Assembly: GCA_051000635.1 (NCBI GenBank)
Contig: JBPCOC010000048.1
Location: 4,558-68,557, forward strand
Reading direction: 5' to 3'
Source of the DNA: Sphingomicrobium sp.
Lineage (GTDB): Bacteria; Pseudomonadota; Alphaproteobacteria; Sphingomonadales; Sphingomonadaceae
DNA length: 64,000 bases
Part shown: piece by piece, positions 1-10,361 of the stretch
How positions within the stretch are numbered: position 1 is the first letter of the stretch
How the letters are laid out: each line of letters starts with the position of its first letter
Notes under the pieces: model-generated
The model's database searches: none
Told to the model about the DNA's origin: nothing
Seen by the model: the letters and a program-made list of their open reading frames with translations, nothing else
Made by a program: the position numbers and the translations under genes

Positions 1-269
1 GACACCGCCCAGGGAAACAGGAATGCGACCTCGAGGTCGAAGATGATGAACAGGATCGCGATCAGGTAGAAGCGAACGTCGAACTGCGAGCGCGCGTCCT
101 CGAAGGCCGGGAAGCCGGATTCATATTCGGACAGCTTCTGCGGGTCGGGCCGGTGGGCGCCGGTGAAGCGCGCCACCAGCATCGGAAGCACAACGAATCC
201 GAACGACAGGCCGAGGGCGACCAGAAGGAAAAGCAGGATCGGCAGGTAACCGGCGGCAACGCTTGCCAA
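1..269 (-). CDS. nuoA: NADH-quinone oxidoreductase subunit A (3' end runs off the window)
   Basis: Manual translation from TTG at 269 gives [23 protein letters not shown]...[45 protein letters not shown], which has the NuoA motifs. This frame is not in the ORF track. Confidence 0.93.
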   Translation of the reverse strand, partial: MASVAAGYLPILLFLLVALGLSFGFVVLPMLVARFTGAHRPDPQKLSEYESGFPAFEDARSQFDVRFYLIAILFIIFDLEVAFLFPWAV

Positions 270-340
270 GGGGAACTCCAGGGGGCTCGAAAACTTGGCC
301 GCGCTTTAGGACAGCGAGTAGTGGGCCGCAACCTTCCTGG

Positions 341-1168
341 TCAGCCGCGGAGCGCCCCCGCCACCAGCTTTTGCAGCTTGCTGTGGATTGCGCCCGAAGC
401 AGCTACATATTCGCCGCGCTCGAACGAACGATCGGAGCCGCGATAATCGGTCACGAAGCCGCCCGCTTCCTTCACCAGGATCACTCCGGCGGCGGTGTCC
501 CAGATCGCGAGCTCGTCCTCCCAGAAACCGTCCATCCGGCCGGCGGCGACCCAGGCGAGATCGAGCGCGGCCGAACCGAAGCGGCGAATGCCCGACACCT
601 GCGGCGCCACCTGCGAGTAAATCTTGCCCCAGGTTTCCGGCACTCCGCGCCCGCAGTGCGGGATTCCGGTGCCGATCACCGCTTCGACGAGGTCGCGGCG
701 CGACGACACCCGCAGGCGCCGGTCGTTGAGCCAGGCGCCCCTGCCTTTTTCCGCCCAATAGCTCTCGTCGGTCAGCGGCTGGTAGACGAGGCCATGGCTG
801 ATCTCGCCGCGCGCGCCTTTGGTCCCGCCCACCTTTGGCACCTCGACCGCGATCGAAATCGCGAAATGCGGGATCCCGTGGAGGAATTTGGTGGTCCCGT
901 CGAGCGGGTCGACGATCCAGCGCGGCTTGTCGGGATTGCCCTCGATCTCACCCTGCTCCTCGACCAGCAGGCCCCAGTCGGGGCGGGCGTTGCGAAGCTC
1001 GTCGATGATCGTCTGCTCGGCGCGCTTGTCGGCAAGCGATACGTAATCGGCCGGGCCCTTGCGGCTGACCTGGAGCTGCTCGACCTCGCCGAAGTCGCGC
1101 CTCAGCCGCGGCGCCGCCTTGTGGACGGCCCGCTGCATGACGGTGATGAGGCCGGAATGGGAGACCAT
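341..1168 (-). CDS. suhB: Inositol monophosphatase family protein (SuhB)
   Basis: Motifs DPLDGTT and RRFGSAALDLAWVAAGRMDGFWE, plus WDTAAG. Confidence 0.93.
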   Translation of the reverse strand: MVSHSGLITVMQRAVHKAAPRLRRDFGEVEQLQVSRKGPADYVSLADKRAEQTIIDELRNARPDWGLLVEEQGEIEGNPDKPRWIVDPLDGTTKFLHGIPHFAISIAVEVPKVGGTKGARGEISHGLVYQPLTDESYWAEKGRGAWLNDRRLRVSSRRDLVEAVIGTGIPHCGRGVPETWGKIYSQVAPQVSGIRRFGSAALDLAWVAAGRMDGFWEDELAIWDTAAGVILVKEAGGFVTDYRGSDRSFERGEYVAASGAIHSKLQKLVAGALRG

Positions 1169-1174
1169 TTTCGC

Positions 1175-1438
1175 TCAGGTATTCTTTGCTAGAATGCCAG
1201 TTTTCTTATCAACAGAGCGCAACCATTCCTCCCGACCGAAGCTTTTCAATTCCTCCGATAACCACTTCGGGAGACGGTGCGATGAATGCTTCGATATCTT
1301 CGTTCTAGTCTTGAACGCCTGCTCGACTACCGGATACCACCAGTGGCGGCATTCTTCTTCTGTTCGTGGCCTGTAGAAACCTCTTGCCGGTCGAGTGCCC
1401 CCGACATTTTTCGGTTTACCGAACGCGTGCTTGTACAT
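1175..1438 (-). CDS. Hypothetical 87-aa low-GC ORF
   Basis: Fills the efp-suhB gap. Its ATG overlaps the efp stop (ATGA). About 51% GC by hand count; no recognised motif. Confidence 0.4.
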   Translation of the reverse strand: MYKHAFGKPKNVGGTRPARGFYRPRTEEECRHWWYPVVEQAFKTRTKISKHSSHRLPKWLSEELKSFGREEWLRSVDKKTGILAKNT

Positions 1439-2001
1439 CAGTCGGCGCGCCGGACATATTCCTGGGAGTACGGATCGACGACGATCCGGGTTCCGGCGGT
1501 GATATGCGGCGGCACCATCACCCTCACTCCGTTGTCGAGTATCGCCGGTTTATAGCTCGAGGATGCCGTCTGCCCCTTCACCACCGCGTCGGCCTCGACG
1601 ATCGTCGCTTCGATCTGGCTTGGAAGCTCGACCGAGATCGGCTTCTCCTCGTACAGCTCCAGCTGCACGTCCATGCCGTCCTGGAGGAAGGCCGCGGCAT
1701 CGCCGAGCAGGTCGGCCGGAAGGCTGATCTGCTCATAATTCTCCTTGTCCATGAAGGTGAGCATGTCACCGTCACGGAAAAGAAACTGGAAATCCTTGGT
1801 GTCCAGACGGACGCGCTCCACCGTCTCGGCGGAGCGAAACCGGACATTGTTCTTCCGACCGTCGATCAAATTCTTCAACTCGACCTGCATGTAGGCGCCG
1901 CCCTTGCCGGGCTGCGTGTGCTGGATCTTCACTGCGCGCCAGATGCCGCCTTCATATTCGATGATGTTGCCGGGACGGATGTCCACGCCGCTGATCTTCA
2001 T
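1438..2001 (-). CDS. efp: Translation elongation factor P
   Basis: [18 protein letters not shown] and TASSSYKPA motifs; 187 aa. Confidence 0.97.
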   Translation of the reverse strand: MKISGVDIRPGNIIEYEGGIWRAVKIQHTQPGKGGAYMQVELKNLIDGRKNNVRFRSAETVERVRLDTKDFQFLFRDGDMLTFMDKENYEQISLPADLLGDAAAFLQDGMDVQLELYEEKPISVELPSQIEATIVEADAVVKGQTASSSYKPAILDNGVRVMVPPHITAGTRIVVDPYSQEYVRRAD

Positions 2002-2043
2002 GGATCGCCTGCTCGTGCTGGAATGGTGGGATCGGCGGGCGCT

Positions 2044-2721
2044 CTAGCCGCTGACCTGTTTTCCGGCAAGCAGCGGATAGGGATTGATCGCCTCTCCGCC
2101 GTGCCAATCCTCTTCGGCTGTCATGCGTTTGATGGCGAAGTGCAAATGGGGTCCTTCGGGACTGGCGTTGCCGGTCGAGCCGACATAGCCGATCACCTGC
2201 CCACGCTTGACCCGCTGACCTTCCCGCAGCCCCGGTACGTAGCGCAGGAGATGCGCATAATAATAGGACCAGCGCCCGTCGTCGGAGCGGATGTAGACGG
2301 TGACCCCGCCTCCGCCCTGGCTGAGGAAGAGCCTCTCTACCGTGCCGGGCGCGGCCGCGACGACCGGCGTTCCCTCCGGCGCCATGATATCGATCGCGTC
2401 GTGCCGGCGTGCGCCCCCTGCCCTGGCCTGGGTGAAGGTGTCGATGAGGTCGTCGGCGCTTAATCCGGCGACCGGGATCGCAAGGCCGGCAGGCCCGACG
2501 ACCACCCCTTCGGCGATTGCGACGGGCGCTCCATCCTGCGGATCGACAACTCTGACGTCGCCCGAACGGGCGACTTCGCCGCGCGGCGCGGTGACGATGT
2601 TGTAGGCAAAGATCCAGAAGGCGCTGGCCAGGATCGCGGTAACGACAGCCGTCGAAACGACAGCGAATTTCCGCGACCGGCGGGGCCGTCTGATATCGCC
2701 CGGGCTTGTCTTTCGGTCCAC
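2044..2721 (-). CDS. M23 family metallopeptidase (start uncertain, 2721-2775)
   Basis: HDAIDIMAPEGTPVVAAAPG, YYYAHL and GPHLHF M23 motifs after an N-terminal hydrophobic segment. Confidence 0.88.
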   Translation of the reverse strand: MDRKTSPGDIRRPRRSRKFAVVSTAVVTAILASAFWIFAYNIVTAPRGEVARSGDVRVVDPQDGAPVAIAEGVVVGPAGLAIPVAGLSADDLIDTFTQARAGGARRHDAIDIMAPEGTPVVAAAPGTVERLFLSQGGGGVTVYIRSDDGRWSYYYAHLLRYVPGLREGQRVKRGQVIGYVGSTGNASPEGPHLHFAIKRMTAEEDWHGGEAINPYPLLAGKQVSG

Positions 2722-2868
2722 TCGCAACTCTCTTCCGCTCGATACCGTTGTCGCAGTGGAACGATACAGGCACAAACTGTTTCCTCACCGACTCCGATCC
2801 GGATCGGCTGAGTGGCCTGTGCGTCCCTGCCGATTGGCAATTGCCGCAAAGTGCAGCACATTGCTCCA

Positions 2869-3582
2869 ATGTCCGACGCCGACCCGCCGCCCTTCTACGA
2901 CCCGCCGACGATGCCGTTCGCCACGCAGCGCTCGGAGCTTCGCGCCGCCGTCGGGCGAGAAGTCGGGAAGGGGCTGGATTCCACACCCGGCCTGTGGCGC
3001 CTCGGCTCGAGCCTTGAGCGGCCGGTGCAGCTCTATTTCCAGGAGAGCTTTCTCACCGCCGACGAATGCCGGCAGCTTCGCGAGCGGATCGATTCGGGAG
3101 TCTATCCCTCGCCGCTGTACGAAAAGGAAAAGTACGAAGGGGTCCGCACCAGCCAGAGCTGCAACCTGGACGTCTACGACTCGTTCGTCGCGGACATCGA
3201 AACGCGGATCGCCGACATGCTCGGAATCGACCGCTCCTGGGGCGAGCCGCTGCAGGGCCAGAAGTACGAGGTTGGCCAAGAGTTCAAGGCCCATTCGGAC
3301 TTCTTCTACATCGACCAGCCCTATTGGTCCGAATATGAGCCTCACGGCGGCCAGCGCACCTGGACCGCGATGATCTATTTGAACGAGCCGAAAAAAGGCG
3401 GCGGGACGGGCTTTCCCTATCTCGACCTGGTCGTTCAGCCGAGGCTCGGCCGGATCCTCATCTGGAACAACATGGCCGGCGACGGCAGCCCCAACCCATG
3501 GACCCAGCATGAGGGGCAGCCGGTCGAGGCCGGCACCAAATATATCGTCACCAAATGGTACCGCGAGCGGACCTTTTGCTGA
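2869..3582 (+). CDS. 2OG-Fe(II) oxygenase, prolyl 4-hydroxylase-like
   Basis: EPLQGQKYEVGQEFKAHSD (HxD), RTWTAMIYLN, GGGTGFP, and a distal H followed by KYIVTKWYRE. Confidence 0.88.
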   Translation: MSDADPPPFYDPPTMPFATQRSELRAAVGREVGKGLDSTPGLWRLGSSLERPVQLYFQESFLTADECRQLRERIDSGVYPSPLYEKEKYEGVRTSQSCNLDVYDSFVADIETRIADMLGIDRSWGEPLQGQKYEVGQEFKAHSDFFYIDQPYWSEYEPHGGQRTWTAMIYLNEPKKGGGTGFPYLDLVVQPRLGRILIWNNMAGDGSPNPWTQHEGQPVEAGTKYIVTKWYRERTFC

Positions 3583-3585
3583 CCG

Positions 3586-4260
3586 TCAATCCGCGAGCGG
3601 CTGATTGAACGCTCGTACCGCAGCCGCCGGATCGTCGTTTCCCCACACCGCCTGACACACGGCCAGAAAGTCCGCGCCCGCCTCGACCAGCGGCTTCGCA
3701 TTCTCCGGCGTAATCCCGCCGATGGCGACGCACGGAATCTCGAACAGGGCCGACCACCAGGTCAGGATCGACGGGTCGGGCCGATAGTCGCTGGGCTTGG
3801 TCGTGGTCGGATGGAAGGCACCGAACGCGACGTAGTCCGCTCCCGCCTCCCCGGCTTCCATCGCCAGATGGCGGCTGTCGTGGCAGGTCTTGCCGATCTG
3901 CGCCGCCGGCCCGAGCAGCGCCCGGGCCTCCCGAACGTCGCCGTCCTGCTGGCCCAGATGCACTCCGTCGGCGCCGAGGCGCTTGGCCAGCGCCATGCTG
4001 TCGTTGACGATGAACGCGACGTCCGCCTCGGCGCAGATTCGCTGCAACGGCTCGGCCAGTCGCGCAAGCTCGTGCTCGTCAGTGTCCTTGACCCGAAGCT
4101 GGAAGGCCACCGCGAGGCCCGGCTCGAGCGCCGCCTTCAGCCGGTCGGGAAAGCCGCCGCCGACCTCCTGCGGGCTGATCAGGTAGAGCCTGCACGGGCC
4201 GCGCTCGACTGGCGCGAAAATGTCCGCAATCTCATTGATGACTTCAGGATTGTCGGTCAC
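3586..4260 (-). CDS. thiE: Thiamine phosphate synthase
   Basis: QLRVK, FIVND, ADGVHLGQQD, GADYVAFG and VAIGGI motifs. Confidence 0.92.
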   Translation of the reverse strand: MTDNPEVINEIADIFAPVERGPCRLYLISPQEVGGGFPDRLKAALEPGLAVAFQLRVKDTDEHELARLAEPLQRICAEADVAFIVNDSMALAKRLGADGVHLGQQDGDVREARALLGPAAQIGKTCHDSRHLAMEAGEAGADYVAFGAFHPTTTKPSDYRPDPSILTWWSALFEIPCVAIGGITPENAKPLVEAGADFLAVCQAVWGNDDPAAAVRAFNQPLAD

Positions 4261-4267
4261 CCAGCCT

Positions 4268-4323
4268 CCGTTCGTGTCGAGCGAAGTCGAGACACGTCCC
4301 TCGACTACGCTCGGGACGAACGG
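4268..4323. repeat. REP-like palindromic repeat (CCGTTCGT...ACGAACGG), copy A
   Basis: Nested inverted repeats. Its right 37 nt match copy C with 2 mismatches. Confidence 0.85.
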
Positions 4324-4345
4324 GAAAGAAGCGCGTCGCCAGCCA

Positions 4346-5248
4346 CTACGCCGGCACCTTTGCCGTCGACGCCTCGTAGATTGTGTCGATCGACTCAGCG
4401 AGCGTTCGGTTGAACTCCTCGTCGCTCATGTCGTGGGACAAGCCCTCGAGCAGAGCGCGCGAGAAGCTCGCGACCATGCCATCGTTCTTCGCCAGCTCGC
4501 GGCACGCTTCCTCGCGGGTGAAGCCGCCCGACAGAGCGACCACCCGAAGCACCCGCGGGTGGCGGATTAGCGGCTCGAACAGCCCGGGCTCGACCGGGAT
4601 CGACAGCTTGAGCATCACTTGCTGGTCGTCGGGAAGCACGTCGAGCGCGCCTTTGAGCTCGTCGAGGAGGATTCGGTCGCACTCGGCGCGGTCGCCGCTC
4701 TTGATCGACACTTCCGGCTCGATGATCGGAACCAGCCCGAAGCGGATGATCTGCTGGGCGACCTCGAACTGCTGGCGGACGATGTCGGCGATCCCCTTCG
4801 GGTTGGCCGAGTTGATCACCGAGCGCATCTTGGTTCCGAAGACGCGCTTGCTCACGCCCCGCTCGAGCAGCGAGTCGAGGGTCGGGTTGGGCTTCATCAG
4901 CTGGACACCGTCGCGCTCCTCATCGAGGCCCTTGTCGACCTTGAGGAAGGGCACGACCCCGCGGCTCCACAGATATTCGGGCACAGGGCGGCCGTCGGCT
5001 TCGCCGTCCATCGTCTTTTCGAACAGGATTGCGCCCAGGATCTTGCCGCCGTCGAAAGGCGGTGCGGTGATGATCCGCACCCGCATCTTGTGAACCAGGC
5101 CGAACATCTCCTCGTCGCTCGACCATTCGTCGCCCGAATAGCCGTAATTCTTCAGCGCCTTGGGGGTCGATCCGCCGCTCTGGTCGAGCGCCGCGACGAA
5201 CCCGTCGGCATCCCTGATCTTCGCAAACATTTCCTGTTTGTGAGCCAT
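4346..5248 (-). CDS. fda: Fructose-bisphosphate aldolase class I
   Basis: FVAALDQSGGSTPKAL, FGTKMRSVI, PIIEPEV and VVALSGG motifs. Confidence 0.94.
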   Translation of the reverse strand: MAHKQEMFAKIRDADGFVAALDQSGGSTPKALKNYGYSGDEWSSDEEMFGLVHKMRVRIITAPPFDGGKILGAILFEKTMDGEADGRPVPEYLWSRGVVPFLKVDKGLDEERDGVQLMKPNPTLDSLLERGVSKRVFGTKMRSVINSANPKGIADIVRQQFEVAQQIIRFGLVPIIEPEVSIKSGDRAECDRILLDELKGALDVLPDDQQVMLKLSIPVEPGLFEPLIRHPRVLRVVALSGGFTREEACRELAKNDGMVASFSRALLEGLSHDMSDEEFNRTLAESIDTIYEASTAKVPA

Positions 5249-5263
5249 CGTCTCTACCCTTGA

Positions 5264-6466
5264 TTATCTCTGCAGGGCTGCAACGCCCGGAAGCGTACGC
5301 CCTTCCATCCATTCTAGAAACGCTCCACCCGCCGTCGAGACGAAACTGAAATCCCGGGCGACACCGGCGTGGTTGAGCGCCGCGACCGTATCGCCGCCGC
5401 CGGCAACGGAGATGAGCGAGCCTTCCTTCGTCAGCGCCGCGGCGGTCTTTGCAAGCGCCACGGTCGCTTCGTCGAACGGCGCCACCTCGAAGGCTCCCAG
5501 CGGGCCGTTCCACACCAAAGTCCGGCAGGTCTTGAGCACGTCGGAAAGCGCCTCGACGGCCGCCGGGCCGATGTCGAGGATCATTTCGGCCGGCTGGACC
5601 TCGTGGACGTTGCAAATGCGCAGCGACGGCGGGTTGGGCGCAAGGTCTTGTGCGACGACGACGTCGTACGGCAAATGGATCGTGCATCCCACCTCCTCGG
5701 CCCGGCTCATGATCGCCTCGGCCTCGCCGGTCAGGTCCCGCTCGGCGAGCGACTTGCCGATGTCGATGCCGCGGGCGGCAAGGAAGGTGTTCGCCATTCC
5801 GCCGCCGATGATCAGGTGGTCGACCTTGCCGACCAGATGCCCCAGAACGCCGAGCTTGGTCGAAACCTTGGCGCCGCCGACCACCGCCGCGACCGGCCGC
5901 TCCGGATTGCCGAGCGCTTTTTCCAGCGCCTTGAGCTCCGTCTCCATCGCCCGGCCGGCAAAGCTCGGGAGCAGGTGCGCGACACCCTCGGTCGATGCAT
6001 GCGCCCGGTGAGCCGCCGAAAAGGCGTCGTTGACGTAATAATCGCCGAGCCCGGCCATCGCGCTGGCAAGGTCCGGATCGTTCGTCTCTTCGCTCGAATG
6101 AAAGCGGGTATTTTCCAGGAGTCCGATCGAGCCCGGGCGCATCGTCCCGATCGCCCGCTCGGCCTCGGGGCCCTGGCAGTCCTCGATGAACCGCAACTGC
6201 CGCCCGAGCAGCTCAGACAAGGGCCGGACCAGCAGCGCGGTCGACATGTCCGGACGGCTGTGCCCCTTCGGGCGCCCGAAGTGCGACAGCAGCAGCACGA
6301 TCGCTCCGCGGTCCGCCAGATCGGCGACCGTCGGCACGACCGCCCTCAGGCGCGTGTCGTCGCTTATCGCGCCTTCGTGCATCGGCACGTTGAGGTCGAC
6401 CCGGACAAGCACCCGCTTTCCGGTCAGCTCCTCGGGCAAATCATCTAGAGTCTTGAAATCACTCAT
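5264..6466 (-). CDS. pgk: Phosphoglycerate kinase
   Basis: [31 protein letters not shown] and [13 protein letters not shown]. Start set at MSDFK (6466); the longer ORF runs into a repeat. Confidence 0.96.
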   Translation of the reverse strand: MSDFKTLDDLPEELTGKRVLVRVDLNVPMHEGAISDDTRLRAVVPTVADLADRGAIVLLLSHFGRPKGHSRPDMSTALLVRPLSELLGRQLRFIEDCQGPEAERAIGTMRPGSIGLLENTRFHSSEETNDPDLASAMAGLGDYYVNDAFSAAHRAHASTEGVAHLLPSFAGRAMETELKALEKALGNPERPVAAVVGGAKVSTKLGVLGHLVGKVDHLIIGGGMANTFLAARGIDIGKSLAERDLTGEAEAIMSRAEEVGCTIHLPYDVVVAQDLAPNPPSLRICNVHEVQPAEMILDIGPAAVEALSDVLKTCRTLVWNGPLGAFEVAPFDEATVALAKTAAALTKEGSLISVAGGGDTVAALNHAGVARDFSFVSTAGGAFLEWMEGRTLPGVAALQR

Positions 6467-6478
6467 CAGCTCAACGGT

Positions 6479-6571
6479 CCGTTCGTCCTGAGCGGAGCGC
6501 GGAGCGCGCAGTCGAAGGGCGCTTGGCACGCCCGTCGAGCACACGCCCTTCGACTTCGCTCAGGACGAACG
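6479..6571. repeat. REP-like palindromic repeat, copy B (gap-pgk spacer)
   Basis: CCGTTCGTCCTGAGCG...GTCGAAGGGCG...CGCCCTTCGACTTCGCTCAGGACGAACG long hairpin. Confidence 0.85.
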
Positions 6572-6592
6572 AGGCCGTTGCGCGATGCAAGC

Positions 6593-7600
6593 CTACCCAA
6601 GCCGCGCCATCGCGCCTGCGGTATCGACCATCCGGTTCGAAAAGCCCCATTCATTGTCGTACCAGCTAAGGACACGCACCAGCTTTCCCTCGAGCACGGC
6701 GGTTTCGAGGCTGTCGACCGTCGAGCTCGCCGGATTGTGGTTGAGGTCGATCGAGACCAGCGGCTCGTCGGTGTAATCGAGGATGCCCTTCAGGCGGTCG
6801 CTTTCGCTCGCCGCCTTCAGCGCGCCGTTCACTTCCTCGACATTCGTGTCGCGCTTGGGGGTGAAGGTCAGGTCGACGAGGCTGACGTTCGGCACCGGCA
6901 CGCGGACCGCCGAGCCGTCGAGCTTGCCCTTCAGCTCCGGAAGCACTTCGCCGACGGCGCGGGCGGCGCCGGTCGTCGTCGGGATCATCGACATCCCCGC
7001 AGCACGAGCGCGGCGCATGTCGGGATGGATCTGGTCGAGGATCTTCTGGTCGTTGGTGTAGGCGTGGATTGTCGTCATCAGGCCGCGCTCGATCCCGATC
7101 GTGTCGTTCAGAACCTTGGCGACGGGAGCGAGGCAGTTGGTCGTGCACGACGCGTTCGACACGATCTTGTGCTCGGGGGTGAGCTTGTCGTCATTGACTC
7201 CGTAGACGACGGTCAGGTCGACGCCCTTGGCCGGAGCCGAGATCAGGACTCGCTTGGCGCCCGCCTCGAGGTGCTTCTCGGCGCCTTCGCGGCTGGTGAA
7301 GAAGCCGGTGCACTCGAGCGCTATGTCGATGCCGTTCTCGCCGTGGGGCAGCTTGGCCGGGTCGCGCTCCGCGGTGACCTTGATCCGCTTGCCGTCGACG
7401 ATGATCGCGCCTTCCTCATGGCCGACCTCGCCCGGGAACGGCCCGTGGACGCTGTCGCGCTTGAACAGCAAAGCATTGGCTTTTGCGTCGGCGAGATCGT
7501 TGATCGCTACCAGCTCCAGCCCGCAGTCCGGCCGCTCTAGAATCGCCCTCGCGACCAGGCGGCCGATCCGGCCGAAGCCGTTGATTGCAACTTTCGTCAT
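6593..7600 (-). CDS. gap: Glyceraldehyde-3-phosphate dehydrogenase, type I
   Basis: [26 protein letters not shown] and [12 protein letters not shown]. Confidence 0.97.
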   Translation of the reverse strand: MTKVAINGFGRIGRLVARAILERPDCGLELVAINDLADAKANALLFKRDSVHGPFPGEVGHEEGAIIVDGKRIKVTAERDPAKLPHGENGIDIALECTGFFTSREGAEKHLEAGAKRVLISAPAKGVDLTVVYGVNDDKLTPEHKIVSNASCTTNCLAPVAKVLNDTIGIERGLMTTIHAYTNDQKILDQIHPDMRRARAAGMSMIPTTTGAARAVGEVLPELKGKLDGSAVRVPVPNVSLVDLTFTPKRDTNVEEVNGALKAASESDRLKGILDYTDEPLVSIDLNHNPASSTVDSLETAVLEGKLVRVLSWYDNEWGFSNRMVDTAGAMARLG

Positions 7601-9585
7601 CGCATTTCCCTTTGTTTCATGAAGTCGAGCACCCGGGCAGCGACCGCGTCGGGAGTCAGCCCGAAGAATTCGAAGGCATCCTTCGCCGGCGAGGAGACGC
7701 CGAAGCGGTCGACACCGATCCTTAAGCCGTGAAGGCCCGTGTAGCGCTCCCACCCGAAGGTGGTCCCGGCCTCCACCGAAACGCGCAGGATCTCGCGGTT
7801 GGAGACGTCGGGCAGGACGTGCTCGCGATAGTCTTCCGGCTGCGCGTCGAAGCGCTCGGTGCAAGGCATCGATACGACGTCGGCGCCGACCCCCTGCTCT
7901 TCGAGCTGCCCGGCAGCGGCAAGCGCGATCTCAACCTCCGATCCGGTGGCGATGAAGATCACCTTGCGCTCGGAACCTGCAGATTTCAGCCGGTAGGCGC
8001 CGCGCGCGCACAAATTCTCTTTTGCCGGCTCGGTCCGCACGGGGCTGAGGGCCTGGCGGGTCAGCGCGAGGATGCTCGGAGTTTCGCTTTCCAGCGCCAG
8101 CGCCCAGCATTCGGCCGTCTCGACGGCGTCGGCGGGACGGAAAACCTCCAGTCCGGGCATCGCGCGAAGGCTCTGCAGATGCTCGATCGGCTGGTGGGTG
8201 GGTCCGTCCTCGCCGAGCCCGATCGAATCGTGGGTCATGACATAGATGACCGTGGCGCGCTGGAGCGCCGATAGCCGGATTGCCGGCCGCGCATAGTCGG
8301 TGAACACCAGGAACGTCCCGCCGTAGGGTATCACTCCGCCGTGAAGCGCCATCCCGTTCATCGCCGCGGCCATCCCGAACTCGCGGATGCCGTAATAGAT
8401 GTAGCGGCCGCCGTAATTCTCGGCCGTAAGCGGCTCGAGCGCCTTGGTTTTCGTGTTGTTCGAGCCGGTGAGGTCGGCCGACCCGCCGATCGTCGATTCA
8501 ACCACCGGGTTGATCTTCTCGAGCGCCATTTCCGACGCCTTTCGGGTCGCAACCTTCGGCGGCTTTGCAACCAGCTCGTCGAGATAGGGCTGGAGCCAGC
8601 CAGTGTCGGCCTTGCCCGACAGGCGCGCATAGAAGTCGTCGCGCCTGCCGCTTTCGCTCAGGCGCCGCTGCCATTCGCGATGATCGGATTCGCCGCGCCT
8701 GCCGACCTCGCGCCAGGCGGAAAGCACGTCGTCCGGCATTTCGAACGGCTCCGCGTCCCAGCCGAGTTCCTTCCTGGCGGCTGCGACTTCTTCCGCTCCG
8801 AGCGCGGCGCCGTGGGTCGCCTCGGTCCCCTGCTTGGTTGGTGCGCCATAGCCGATGATCGTCTTGCAGCGGATGATCGACGGCCGAGCGTCGGCGAGCG
8901 CGGCATCGAGCGCCCGGCCGACGCTGGCGCTGTCGAGGCCGTCGCATTCGACCGTGTGCCAGGCCGAGGCTGCGTAGCGCGCCATCACGTCTTCGGTGCG
9001 CGACAGCTCGGTCGATCCGTCGATGGTGATCCGGTTGTCGTCCCAAAGCACGATCAGCCGGCCGAGCTTCAAATGCCCGGCGAGTCCGGCGGCTTCGTGG
9101 TTGACGCCCTCCATCAAATCGCCGTCGCCGGCGATCACATAGGTGCGGTGGTCGACCAGATCGTCGCCATAGGTCGCATTGAGGTGCCGCTCGGCGATCG
9201 CCATCCCGACCGCCATCGCCAGCCCCTGCCCGAGCGGGCCGGTGGTCACCTCGACTCCGGGAAGCTCGAAATTTTCCGGATGGCCGGCGCACGGCGATCC
9301 GATTTGCCGGAAGTTCCTGATGTCCTCGATCGTCGGGCGCGAATAGCCGGTCAGGTACAAAAGCGCGTAGATCAGCATCGATCCGTGGCCGGCGGACAGC
9401 ACGAAGCGGTCGCGGTCGGGCCAGTTGGGGTCGGCCGGGTCGAACTTCAGATAGCGTGTGAACAGCGCGGTCGCCGCGTCCGCCATTCCCATCGGCATCC
9501 CTGGATGGCCGCTGTTTGCGGCCTCGACTGCGTCCATGGCCAGGGCGCGGATGGCGTTGGCAAGTCGGCGTTGGGTCGGCTGCAT
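7597..9585 (-). CDS. tkt: Transketolase
   Basis: [31 protein letters not shown] and [16 protein letters not shown]. Confidence 0.97.
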   Translation of the reverse strand: MQPTQRRLANAIRALAMDAVEAANSGHPGMPMGMADAATALFTRYLKFDPADPNWPDRDRFVLSAGHGSMLIYALLYLTGYSRPTIEDIRNFRQIGSPCAGHPENFELPGVEVTTGPLGQGLAMAVGMAIAERHLNATYGDDLVDHRTYVIAGDGDLMEGVNHEAAGLAGHLKLGRLIVLWDDNRITIDGSTELSRTEDVMARYAASAWHTVECDGLDSASVGRALDAALADARPSIIRCKTIIGYGAPTKQGTEATHGAALGAEEVAAARKELGWDAEPFEMPDDVLSAWREVGRRGESDHREWQRRLSESGRRDDFYARLSGKADTGWLQPYLDELVAKPPKVATRKASEMALEKINPVVESTIGGSADLTGSNNTKTKALEPLTAENYGGRYIYYGIREFGMAAAMNGMALHGGVIPYGGTFLVFTDYARPAIRLSALQRATVIYVMTHDSIGLGEDGPTHQPIEHLQSLRAMPGLEVFRPADAVETAECWALALESETPSILALTRQALSPVRTEPAKENLCARGAYRLKSAGSERKVIFIATGSEVEIALAAAGQLEEQGVGADVVSMPCTERFDAQPEDYREHVLPDVSNREILRVSVEAGTTFGWERYTGLHGLRIGVDRFGVSSPAKDAFEFFGLTPDAVAARVLDFMKQREMR

Positions 9586-9711
9586 CCGAACTCCATTATG
9601 GGGCTTGGTCGCACGGCGGATTCGCCGGGCCGTTTGCGCGGCTCCTTTGGAAGGTGAGCCGATGGGCGTCAATGCTTGCCCGTCCGCCACATCTTGCGTA
9701 GGCCTTCGAAC

Positions 9712-9879
9712 ATGGACGACGGCGCCCTGTCGGCGGCACTCGAGCGTGCCGAACGCGCTCTGGCGCGGGTCGAGAGCGCCATTGCCCAGCGCAAGCCCGA
9801 GAGCGACGAGGATCTCCGCGACAAGGTTCGCGAGGCGGTCGCCGAGCTCGACCAGCTGATCCGGGAATCGGCGGGCTGA
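9712..9879 (+). CDS. Small coiled-coil protein upstream of zapA (ZapB-like position)
   Basis: 55 aa, helical heptad pattern; its stop overlaps the zapA ATG. Confidence 0.65.
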   Translation: MDDGALSAALERAERALARVESAIAQRKPESDEDLRDKVREAVAELDQLIRESAG

Positions 9880-10196
9880 TGGCCGAAATCGACGTGATCA
9901 TCGCGGGACGGCCGTACAAGGTCGCTTGCCGCGACGGCGAAGAGGAGAGCCTTCGGGCGGCGGCGCGCCTGGTGGATTCCAAAAGCCGCGAGGCGCTCGC
10001 CGGGCTGGGGACGCTTTCCGAAGCCCGACAGCTTCTGTTCGCCGGCCTCCTCCTTGCCGACCAGCTGATCGAGCAAAACCCCGAAGCCGCGACCCCGGCC
10101 GGTCCGGATCCGGAGCTCGCGGTTCGCGCCGAACAACTGGCGAAGCGGCTCGAATCGCTCGCCGACTCACTTGAGAGCGGGGGTGGGAGCCCCTAA
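9879..10196 (+). CDS. zapA: Cell division protein ZapA
   Basis: IAGRPYKVACRDGEEESL...LLFAGLLLAD; canonical zapA-6S-fau order. Confidence 0.88.
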   Translation: MAEIDVIIAGRPYKVACRDGEEESLRAAARLVDSKSREALAGLGTLSEARQLLFAGLLLADQLIEQNPEAATPAGPDPELAVRAEQLAKRLESLADSLESGGGSP

Positions 10197-10203
10197 ATAG
10201 GGT

Positions 10204-10361
10204 GCGACGGGTACTGCCCGGTACGAAGCCTTCAAAATCCCTGAGGCTATTCAATATCCTAGGGAGCTGTCCCTGCCCGGACCCTGGTCCGATGCACACG
10301 GCGCCCACCTGACGTTTGTAGCGTCAGAGGATTTCCGGCAAACGGCCATGGTGGTCCCGTC
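10204..10361 (+). ncRNA. ssrS: 6S RNA
   Basis: About 160 nt between zapA and fau, with complementary ends (GACGGG...CCCGTC). Called mainly on conserved position; ends approximate. Confidence 0.72.

Noticed and set aside
4218-4230. AATGTCCGCAAT in thiE matches the left arm of E7
   Set aside because: It lies in coding sequence (codons I-A-D-I) with no loop or partner arm, so it is probably chance.
6467-6544. N-terminal extension of Pgk encoded by the repeat
   Set aside because: The extension is simply the palindrome read in frame; MSDFK at 6466 is the more typical start.
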